From assembly GCA_964016885.1 (NCBI GenBank), contig OZ024757.1, positions 36,084,001 to 36,148,000 of the forward strand: a stretch of DNA of 64,000 nt, given 5' to 3'. Positions 53,148-64,000 of the stretch are shown here, in pieces. A program made the position numbers and the translations under genes. Below the pieces are notes generated by a model. That model was not told where the DNA came from. It made no database searches and worked only from the letters and a program-made list of their open reading frames with translations. The first letter of the stretch is position 1. Every line of letters begins with the position of its first letter. Source of the stretch: Eledone cirrhosa. Taxonomy: Eukaryota.

Positions 53148-53904
53148 ACCCACCATGTACCTCAGTGTATCCATCCTGGAGCTGTCCAACATGTCCATTG
53201 AAGTCCCCTGCTAGCATAACAATGTCTCTGTCCTCTGTCATTGAAGCTGTTTGTAAAAGTTGCTCGTAAAAGCAGTCTTTCTCTTCTTTACCTAGGCCTG
53301 CCTGGGGAGCATAGGCAGAGATGATTGTCAGTAGTCTCTTGTCTACAACTAATCTAAGCTTAATTATTCTATTATTAACTCTAACTACCTCTATTGTCTT
53401 ATCGATCCATCTCTCAGCCAGTAATATTCCCACCCCACCTAACCCATCATCATTACCCACCCAGCAAAGCTTATAGCTACGATGTTTGCCTGCGATTAGT
53501 CTTGCAGAGGCACCTCTCCATCTCACCTCTTGCACACAGCACATATCCACATGCCTTCTCTCCAGCATCTCCACTATCTCACCAGATCTACCTGTTAGAG
53601 TGCCAACATTAAGTGTGGCAACTCTGAGATGCAAAATCTCATTCTTTTTCCTGTTGTGCGATTGCTTGATGATGGTCGTGGGGTTCTCACACATGGCCTC
53701 ACTAGCCACCCCACTACCACGCGCAGCCCTAACATGGTTAGTGTTATTGCTGTTGACGCAGTTGTTTTTGTGCAATGGCTTGATGACGGTCGTGGGGTTC
53801 TCGCACATGGTTGTACCAGCCACCCCACTACCGTGCGTAGCCCTAACATAGTTAGTGTTATTGCTGTTGATGCAGTTGTTGGAAATTTCATTCGTTGCGC
53901 TCAT
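52781..53904 (-). mobile_element. RTE family A 5' part (APE N-terminus) and post-RT piece, RT deleted
   Basis: LRVATLNVGTL..CCVQEVRW..GVGILL..SAYAPQ..GDFNGHVG, then [15 protein letters not shown] ~114-bp tandem duplication lies at the N-terminus. Confidence 0.9.
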
Positions 53905-54625
53905 AGATTTTGGCAGTAGTATATATACTGGTTGGATGCCCTTCCTAACACCAGCACCATTTTACAGCATGGACTGGATGCTTTTATTCGTGCCACCAAC
54001 ACTAGAGAGGTTGTCTTACTGGACTCAGGGGCCCTCTTTACCCCTCCATTTTACAGCATGGACGAGGTGCTTTTATTCGTGCCACCAGCACTAGAGAGGT
54101 TGTATATATATATGTGTGTATATGTATATGTGTGTATGTATATATGTATATGTGTATGTATGTATATGTGTATATATATATGTGTGTATGCATGTATATG
54201 ATTGTATATGTGTGTGTGTGTATATATAAACTTTCTTTCATTGTATTGACCTTTGTATCATCAGACAAGAGTTAGTGATGTGTACATATAGAAAAACCAT
54301 GAAATCTGCTCTCTAACAATAACAGATTCACTGGAGCACCATTGCTACACATAAAAATGTTCATTGTGATGATGATGATACATAACTATGCAGGTAATCT
54401 ATTTAACTTCTATAACATCATTTAATCTACCTTAATCTTCTCAATATTGATTGCAGTCAGCATATTTTTTTCCTGTTCTTAAAACATAATGTACCAACCA
54501 GATTGACTATATGAAGCTTGTGTGTTGTACTGAACTAGTAGCCAAAAGGTCAGCAAGTTCTGTTTAAAATATTGGGCTCAGAATTGGATGGTTATACGCT
54601 CAATATCTGGGCTAGGTGCGTTTAA

Positions 54626-54839
54626 CCCTTTAATGTTCAAACCGGCCAAAACCGGCCAGAATTCTCTACCTTTTTCTGTTGAAACTGGCTGTAACTGGTC
54701 GCTCAAACTGATAAGGTATTGTTCTCAAAATAAATACTTTCAAAATCTCATAGATTCGATATTATGTGAGATAATTATGCGAGGTAAAGCCTTTACCATG
54801 AAAATATAATAGTATATATATAATGTGAATGCTAAAGGG
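54626..54839. mobile_element. piggyBac-type MITE
   Basis: TTAA|CCCTTTA ... TAAAGGG|TTAA. Confidence 0.7.
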
Positions 54840-55209
54840 TTAATACCTGGACAAGCCCCCTACAACTCCAGCAGTTATGAGTCAATACATGCACTGTAAA
54901 ACAGTTTTTCATCCTATAACCAGGGACTATTCCAAGTGGTTTGGTAACAAAAGGGTCAAAGATATGCTGACCCAGGATCAAACAATATACCACATACAAG
55001 CCAGTGATAAGGAGATTTGGGGTTTTAAGCCCCTCCAATAATTTTTTTCAATATATTTGTGCTTTTATTTTTACTACACTGATGTTCTATTGACCCTAAA
55101 CATGTTAATATGATCATGTCTTAAATTTATTTCTTAGTCTCGTATTGGTGATAAAAAAGCATGAGCTAATAATAAAAATACACATGTACAGTGTGCGCGT
55201 GCACACACT

Positions 55210-55570
55210 CAGTGAACCTCCGGCATTCGCAGTCCTGGTTAATTGTGAAATTATCCTTAGATCCTAACTAATAATTGTCCATGGAAAACCCTAACCCTAA
55301 CCATCTTCCACGATTTTTTAATGCCGTTTTTTGTGGCAATATATATATTTTTTTAAGCACTAAATTATTAACAATATACTATATTTGCCGACTTATTGGA
55401 TGTGCCTTTGCACGAGAGACTCCCTCTTTTTTTAAATTATATTTTACGTAATATTTTGACGTTTTTAGGGATTTTTATGGACCACATCCAATATTCGCCA
55501 TTCTTTACTCTTCGCAGCTGCTCTAGGAATGTAACCCCCGCCCCGCGAATACGGCGCAGGGGGGAAGGAA

Positions 55571-55573
<3 letters not shown>
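55210..55573. mobile_element. Tigger-like MITE
   Basis: CAGTGAACCTCCGGCATTCGC ... GCGAATACGG..ACTG|TA degenerate inverted ends. Confidence 0.5.
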
Positions 55574-55612
<39 letters not shown>

Positions 55613-55617
<5 letters not shown>

Positions 55618-56528
55618 GGAGGGCCCTGTAGAAACAGTAGACAGCTTCTGCTACCTAGGTGACCGAATTAGCAACAGAGGTGGGTGTTCAGAAAGTACAA
55701 TAACTAGGGTAAGAACGGGATGGAAGAAGTTTAGGGAACTACTACCACTGCTAGCTGCAAAAGGCTTCTCCCTCAGAATGAAAGGCAGACTGTATGACGC
55801 GTGTATCCGAACAGCGATGTTGCATGGTAGTGAGACCTGGGCGCTGAAGGTGGAAGACTTACGTAGATTAGAGAGAAACGAAGCCTGCATGCTCCGATGG
55901 ATGTGTAACAGTAATATACGTGAACGACAAAGCATAAATGAATTGAGAGAGAGACTGAGCATAAGAGGAATCAAATGCTGTGTGCAGGAGAGGCGGTTGC
56001 GCTGGTATGGTCATGTGATGCGTATGAAGGATGACAGCTGCATAAAAAGGTGCAGAGCACTAGAAGTTGATGGAAACCGCGGAGTGGGGAGACCCAAGAT
56101 GACCTGGGATGAGGTGATAAAAGCCGACCTTACCCAATTACACCTCTCAAAGCCAATGACACACGACCGTGACTTCTGGCGTCACGCAGTAATACAGAGT
56201 ACCCGACCTCCCATGGGTACATGCTGAAGCATATAAACAATATGCCCCCACACTCCCCACCGCAAGGTGGTCGTGGAGGTGCCACGGCAAAAAAACACCC
56301 AGCCCACACTGTAAAGTGGACGTGTAGGCGCCACGAAAAAGCACCCAGCACTCACTGTAAATGAGGTTGGTGTTAGGAAGGGCATCCAGCTGTAGAAATC
56401 AAGCCAGATCAGTTCCTGTATGAGCAAGGCATGGTCAGCCGACCAGACACTGCACACAACAGGACAACCTGTCTAACCCATGCTAGCGTGGAAGAACGGA
56501 CGTAAAACGGTGATGATGATGATGATGA
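55613..56528 (+). mobile_element. RTE family A 3' fragment with complete UTR
   Basis: FCYLGD...[17 protein letters not shown]...[14 protein letters not shown] and (GAT)n. Confidence 0.9.
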
Positions 56529-58572
56529 TATACTTAAGCCCCTCCAATCCCAAAACTATAACAGAAGCTCTGGTATATACTCGAATATGAGAGGAATATG
56601 TTACCAAAAATTTGATGGTAAAGTAGGGGGTGAGCTTATTTATATTCAGGATCAATAGTTTGACAATTATAACCAACTTCAAATTCTACGTGAATAAGGG
56701 TTGGGTTTTTGACCATTTCTCAGACAGAAAATAGTCAGTTTGTCTTATATTGTATCTGTTTATATTCATATAGATTCGGTATGTGTATTTGAACTCAACA
56801 TATAACAGGACATGGTTAAATAATTTAAGAGCAATTAATTCAGTTATAATACTTCTGTCAAAACATGTCTGGTACTAAATAAAGAATATTAGTTTTACTT
56901 CCTTGTGTATATATAGTAATGATGCGTGGCTTAGTGGTTAGAGAATTGGATTTGCAAACATGCTTATATTTATCTAAAAATCTTTCACTATTATTTTATG
57001 CAAGAACCTTTGTTAAGTTATGTTCCAAACACCACCTTGAGAAAGTTAGTTATATTACTAAATTCCTCCAAATTCTTGATTATTTTCAAAATTGTTTGAA
57101 AAATGAAGGTAGTGTCTTTCATGAGAGATAGTTATGAAATGTTTAAAGTGTTTATATTTTTCTGAAAAGCCTTCCATCATAATCATAACTATAACAAAGG
57201 GAGGAGTGCGGGACTGCGTCCCGTATATATTTTTTTATCCTGTTAGTAAAATAAGTTGGATTACTTTGAATAAATAATGAATGAATATTACATAATTTAT
57301 CTAATTTGTATCGTTATATAAGGTTTCATTACATTTCACCGTAATGTAGTTTATATATAATATCGTCTTTTTTAAATGTATCATGGATTACTTTACTGAT
57401 TACAGAAGAGAGTGTAACACAGTCTCTCTTCAATTTCTGTGCATATTGTCAATTACGATTTTATTTGACATATCATATCTACATGCATGTATATTTGCAT
57501 ATAATATAAACATGCACACTACACATGCTAGCAGAAAACCACCCGAAGGGTGGTTTTTCTGTTAGTTCAATATAAGAATCTTAAGTTATGTTACAAAACA
57601 CCAACTTAATAATGATAAAGTTAGTTATATCATAATTTTTTAAATGATTTTAAAATGATGGGCAGTGTGTTTCATTAGAAGTACGAGTATAGTAATAAAA
57701 GTTAAAAATATCTCCGATTGTTGTTAATGATTTTTTCTGATAGTCCATTGATTTAGGTTTGCTGGATAAAAGCTGTTTCTAAATTCAATAAATTTTATTT
57801 ATTTATTTATATTTTTTAATATTGAAATGTCAATCTTGAACAGCAGCTGTATGTATTGTTATAATATTTGGAACAAAACTTAACAAAAGTTCTTACATAA
57901 AATTATGATGGAAGGTTTCTAGATAAATGCATGCATGCAAGGTCCTGTGACTCCTGTAGGATTCATAGGGGTGCCATGTTGCCACCAGCATTTTTGGGGC
58001 ATTTTAAAACCTGGTAGAGCTCATCTTCTCTCTAGGCCTGAGTACAGCAGATTTCTTCCAGAGAAGGATAGAAAGTGAGAAAGAGATATAGAGGAAGTAT
58101 CTACCCCAGTACTAGACTGCTACATTTTTTATTGACCTCAAATGGGTGAAAGACAATGTTGACCTCAGTGGGATTTGAACTGAGAGTGCAGAGAGCCAGA
58201 ACAAGTACCGCAAAGCATTTTATCTGATGTTCTAACAACTCTGCCAATTCACCTCATTTCTTCATAAATAGGAATAGTTTAAAACAAAGTTTTGTATTGT
58301 AGAACTACAGCCAGTTCAGTCATAAAAGGGTTATCTCCAATGAAATGGACTTCCATCAGTTTTGAGAGTGAGTGTTCCAGTTGTTTGATCAATGGAACAA
58401 CCTGTTGGTAAAATACACGTATAAGTGGCCGAGCATTCCAGATATATGTAGTTTTAATGTAATTCTTGGGAGATTGTGTGATACAATAGGTGACAAAGCT
58501 TACTCTTTGAATTATAGGTATAGTGTAAGTGGCTGAGAATTCCCTAGACATATGTGCTCTTATAGTAATTCT

Positions 58573-59135
58573 CAGGGAGAGTCAGCGTGACACAGTGTGT
58601 GACAAAGCTGGCCTTTTAAACTACAGACATAGTGTATTGTAGTACATTCAGGGAGAGTCAGCGTGACATAGTGTATGACAAAGCTGGCCTTTTAAACTAC
58701 AGACATAGTGTATTGTAGTACATTCAGGGAGAGTCAGCGTGACATAGTGTATGACAAAGCTGGCCTTTTAAACTACAGACATAGCGTATTGTAGTACATT
58801 CAGGGAGAGTCAGCGTGACATAGTGTATGACAAAGCTGGCCTTTTAAACTACAGACATAGCATATTGTAGTACATTCAGGGAGAGTCAGCGTGACATAGT
58901 GTATGACAAAGCTGGCTTTTAAACTACAGACATAGCGTATTGTAGTACATTCAGGGAGAGTCAGCGTGACATAGTGTATGACAAAGCTGGCCTTTTAAAC
59001 TACAGACATAGTGTATTGTAGTACATTCAGGGAGAGTCAGTGTGACATAGTGTGTGGCAAAGCTGGCCTTTTAAACTACAGACATAGCATATTGTAGTAC
59101 ATTCAGGGAGAGTCAGCGTGACATAGTGTGTGACA
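58573..59135. repeat. 76-bp minisatellite, ~7.4 copies
   Basis: CAGGGAGAGTCAGCGTGACATAGTGTATGACAAAGCTGGCC... units. Confidence 0.95.
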
Positions 59136-59509
59136 AGCCAGGTGGTTACAAGGTGAACTTCGTAACTACACAGTCATGAATATAACTTAAAACTTGAGAT
59201 TATATATTTACATGTACGGATGCACAGACTGTACACACACAGAACTCACACACACTCTACAGTCACACATATAGCTTCTAAACACACACACACACTCTCT
59301 CTACACACACACAACCTCCCCCTCATATAGACCAGTGCACTTTCACCTTCCTGCCACCACCCAGTCTAAAGTTTAACAGGAATTCTTCCCGTGATAATTA
59401 ACAAAATCTCTCCATGGATAATGTTCGTTAATCCTAACTAATTTCCTCTCAGATTCAATGGTAAATCTGATCAGCTTAGCTCAGTTTGTGTTTCACGATT
59501 ATAGCTATT

Positions 59510-60070
59510 GTCACCATTACCATCACCATCACCACCATCACCATTATCACCATCACCATTATCACCACTACCATCATCACCACTACCATCATCACCACTA
59601 CCATCATCATCACCACTATCATCACCACCACCATCACCATTACCACTATCATCACCACCACCATTACTACTACCACCACCACCATCACCACCACCACTAT
59701 CATCACCATCACCACCACCATTGTTACCATCAACACCATCACCATTAGTACCACCACCATCACACCACCACCATCATCACCACCACCACCATCATCACCA
59801 CCACCATCATCATCATCACCACCATCATCACCACCACCACATCATCACCATTACCACCATCATCATTACCACCACCATCACCATTACCACCACCACCACC
59901 ATAATCATCATCAGCACCAACACTACTATCATCACCAGCACCATCATTACCACCACTACAATCATCATCATTACCACCACTACCATCAGCTCCATCACCA
60001 TTACCACCACCACCACCATTAACATCACTACCATCACCATCACAGCCTCTACCATTATCATCATCATTGC
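59510..60070. repeat. (CAC/CAT)n trinucleotide tract
   Basis: Direct inspection. Confidence 0.95.
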
Positions 60071-60140
60071 TACTGTTGATGATGATGAGGTATATAGTTT
60101 TTTTCTTTTTAGTCAGGGAAGGAAGGGCTGTGACTATACC

Positions 60141-60800
60141 AGTACAGTGGGACACTGAGACACAGTGTAGTGGGACACTGAGACACAGTACAGTGGGACA
60201 CTGAGACACAGTACAGTGGGACACTGAGACACAGTGTAGTGGAACACGGAGACACAGTACAGTGGGACACTGAGACACAGTGTAGTGGAACACGGAGACA
60301 GTACAGTGGGACACTGAGACACTGAGACACAGTGTAGTGGGACACTGAGACACAGTGTAGTGGGACACTGAGACAGTGTAGTGGGACACTGAGACACAGT
60401 GTAGTGGGACACTGAGACACAGTGTAGTGGGACACTGAGACACAGTGTAGTGGGACACTGAGACACAGTGTAGTGGGACACTGAGACACAGTGTAGTGGG
60501 ACACTGAGACACAGTGTAGTGGGACACTGAGACACAGTGTAGTGGGACACTGAGACACAGTACAGTGGGACACTGAGACACAGTGTAGTGGAACACTGAG
60601 ACACAGTACAGTGGGACACTGAGACACAGTATAGTGGGACACGGAGACACAATACAGTGGGACACTGAGACACAGTACAGTGGGACACTGAGACACAGTA
60701 CAGTGGAACACTGAGACACAGTACAGTGAGACACTGAGACACGGTACAGTGGGACACGGAGACACAGTACAGTGGGACACTGAGACACAGTACAGTGGGA
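60141..60800. repeat. 23-bp minisatellite, ~28 copies
   Basis: AGTGGGACACTGAGACACAGT(GT/AC) units. Confidence 0.95.
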
Positions 60801-61989
60801 TATTGAGTCACCATAATACAAAATGTCACACACAATCATGCTAAGTCTCCCTGATAATTATATTAAGGGTACTTGTATCTGGAATGCTCAACCACTTGCA
60901 TGCTAATTTTATGAATTATGAAGATCGCCCCAAAATATTTAGAAAAGTACTCAAGTTGTTTTTGTTGTTACAAAGCCAAGGTTTATTTTATGTAGCTAAT
61001 GAGGTATGAAAAGGTTGAAACTTGTCAGTGTTTCATGTTTTTCTGCATCTCCCTTGGTTCCATAGTTTGGGAAATGTAATTACTGTTATACTCAAATATA
61101 AGCCAAAGAATATGTGACCAAAAAAAATGATGGTAAAATGGAAGGTTGGTTTATATTTGGGTCTATATTTTGACGATTTTTCACCAACTTCAAATTCTAA
61201 GTAAATAAGGTGCTAAAATATCTGGAGTGATTATTTCACAATGAAACACTGTTTTTTTTACATTTTCTATATTGTCAAGTTTTATTTAGGCATTGCTTTA
61301 ACATTCCCAACAAATTTTTGTTATTTGAACATATATAAATATCCCCTACACAAACACACACACATACATGTGCACCAACTGTTTTTCTCTGACTTAATTA
61401 CTCTTTTTCTTTCAATCTTGTTTTGTTTTATTTCGCTTGCGCTCTCTTTCCCTTCCCTTACTCACCCTCTCTTTTTCTTGCCATGCCTCTCCCTTCTCTC
61501 ACTCTCGCCCTGCCTCTTCCTTCCCCTTTAACTCTGAATCCTTAGTGTTTTCTAAGTTGATATCTTTCAACTATTCCCTATATATTTCAATCTCTTCCTA
61601 GTGTTTTTAATGACTCCATAAGTTAAAGAAAATCTTTTTTTACTAAAAAATATATCTCTATTTCGTAGTGGATTTGTGAAACAAAAACTAATCTCTAAAC
61701 AACACTTAAAACATTTGAAATATTAAATTCTTGTGAATATTTTCTCCATTCTTGAGAATTTCAAAACTGCACCATAATATGTTGACTTATAAACTGGGTT
61801 TTGATTTTTGCCCATTTCTCTGACAAAAAATAGGGGTTGAGGAGCAGCTTATATTCAGATCAGCTTATATTCAAGTAGATACAGTAGTCACTAGTTAAGA
61901 TAAACAATTTTGAATCAGGAACACTGTCATGGTGGATTGCTTAACGCAGGGTTAAAATACTGTCATCTCTTTCCATGTCTGCCAGTCTT

Positions 61990-62250
61990 AGGACTTTCAG
62001 GCATGGAAAGATCTCTTGTCCATACTATTAGAAAGAGGCAGTTGGAGTTCTTTGGCCTCATAAACAGAAAAGATGGTTGGGAGAAGCTGATTCTTTGTGG
62101 CAAGATCACTGGAAAGAGGAGACAAGGAAGACGAACAACAACATTTACAGACAGTCTGAACAAATATGGCAAGGGAAATAGGAGTAGAGTGCCATGATTG
62201 CCAATGTCTGGGACGGACCTGGCACCTAATGATGACTGTCTGCCCTAGAA
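61990..62250 (+). mobile_element. Old RTE 3' fragment
   Basis: IRKRQLEFFGLINRKDGWEKLILCGKITGKRRQGR. Similar remnants at ~30550-30830(-) and 63146-63445(-). Confidence 0.65.
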
Positions 62251-64000
62251 AAGAGAAAAAATGTGATGAAGTTGATAAATTGTTAATTATTCAGATATTT
62301 TAATTACTTACAAAAATTTTGTCTAATTAGAGTGAAATTTGTCTGAGTCTTGGGATATTTTGAAAAGGGAGCAATGGAAATAGTGTTGAATTAAAGATTG
62401 TTAATTTTTAAAATACTGGAATAACGGTTGTTAGGTTATAGGCTTCAGGGTTGATGGGTTGTAGCTTTTTGTCAGACTATCAAGTTAGGAGAAGCGGCGA
62501 ATTGATTGAGTCATTAGTACATCTGATAGAATACTTTGTGATATTTGATCCAGCTCTCTATCCTCCGAATTCAAATCCTGCTGTGGTCAACTTTACCTTT
62601 CATTCATCCGAGGTCGATAAAAAAGTAGCAGTCACATACTGGCGTCGATTCTTCCTCTATATCTCTTTCTCATTTCTATTTCCTTACTCTCTATCCTTCT
62701 CTGGAAGAAATCTTCTGTATTCAGTCGTGGAGAGGAAATGGCCTCCACCAGGTTTTTAAAATGCCCTAGAAATGCTGTATGTCAATATGGCACCCCTACA
62801 ACTCCCTCAAGAGTTACAGGACTATGCAAACATGCAAGTTAGGCAATATAAACACACATCAACTTTCCTATTCTTTTTCTTCTTCACCCACTTATTCCTG
62901 TGAGGGTCGTGGGGGCAGTATCTTCAATCACACCCTCCACTCACCTCATAAAAATGTTTTATACTTGTCATGCTGAATCTCACCAAGAATTACAGTAACA
63001 GTAGACATGTCTATGGAATGCTCAGCCACTTGTTAATTTCACTAGCAAGCTATTCCATTGATGGATTGGCTAGAACACTTGTGGAAACCAACAGAACTGT
63101 ATTGTCAAAACCTCTATTCATTCTAGTGATCATCTTTTTCACCCACTTATTGTGGGAGCAGAGTCCTGAAGCACACCTTCCAGTGGGTTCTGTCAGAAGT
63201 AACCATCTCCAATTGATCTGGCTGGATTCCCCAGGCAAATCCAGCTGAGCTCATGGATGTTATCCAACCACCTTGCTCGGGGTCAACTCTTTGGTCTCTT
63301 GCTGATTGGTTTTGCCCATAAAATCTGTCCAGCGATTCTTTCCTAAGATATTCTAACCACATGCCCATAGTATCGGAGCTGTGATCTCTCAATTTGGAGA
63401 AGTAGCAGCTCTACCTGGAGTGACTCTTTGATCTCCAAACTGCGGACTTATCATTATCATTTAATGTCCATTTTTCCACTCTAGCATGGGTTAGGCAAGT
63501 CGTCCTGTTGTGAGATAAGCCAAGTCAGGTGGCCATGTCTTGCTCATACAGAACTTATTTGGACTTGGTTTCTACAGCTGGTAACGTTATTCCAAAGACC
63601 CTTCAGAGGAACCCTATTTTGAAGGGTCTTTGGAATAACCTTCAAAGACCCTTCAGAGGAACCCTATTTTGTGAAGGCGCATGGCTTAGTGGTTAGAGCA
63701 TTGGGCTTGCAATCGAAAGGTTGTGAGTTCAATTCTCGGACCCGGTGATGTGTTGTTTCCTTGAGCAAGACACTTTATTTCACATTGCTCCAGTTTACTC
63801 AGCTGTAGAAATGAGATGATAGGACTGGGGTCCCTTTCATTAAATTATCCAAGAGACCTCCAACGAGATATACCTTGGAGGAGGCCAGCTAAACCTGCAA
63901 AGGTGGGAGCTGTCACACACATCACACACAACCCTATTTTGGATGTTCGTATTTGCAGTCATATTCTTTTGACTCCCCCATTCCTTTCAAATTGCTGACC

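Noticed and set aside
54327-54393. Possible internal exon (AG...CAG|GTAATC)
   Set aside because: Open only in phase 2, so it cannot join the phase-1 exon at 13025 directly. No recognisable homology.
55288-55302. Interstitial telomere (TAACCC)
   Set aside because: Only ~2.5 units, and inside a MITE.
59458-60839. His-, Thr- or Cys-rich protein ORFs
   Set aside because: Trinucleotide and 23-bp tandem repeats with no splice or domain evidence.
63671-63745. tRNA-Cys gene
   Set aside because: Multi-copy SINE head continuing into CORE-like and RTE tail sequence, with no proper acceptor stem or terminator.

Overview
Repeat-saturated, AT-rich eukaryotic non-coding DNA. The SINE/RTE complement and very large (TA)n arrays suggest a cephalopod (octopus-like) genome, which is an inference. 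No intact host gene is visible. There is one plausible first coding exon (12986-13025) and a decayed katanin-p60 C-terminal fragment (~22352-22598). The rest is mobile DNA: a near-full-length RTE LINE with one frameshift (48498-51805), many truncated RTE, CR1, CRE, R4/Dong and Penelope pieces, Helitrons, Tc1/mariner, pogo-like and piggyBac MITEs, two SINE families, and micro- and minisatellites. Most long ORFs in the track are microsatellite artefacts. The most interesting unannotated signal is a set of short elements (150-350 bp), mostly next to (TA)/(CA) tracts. They show type-I hammerhead ribozyme motifs (five with a complete core, some with compensatory stem changes), fold-back palindromic ends and a recurrent TGAGT(G/A)CT tail motif. 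They probably represent several Penelope-pLTR or retrozyme-like families. Coordinates of degenerate repeats are approximate and were read by eye.
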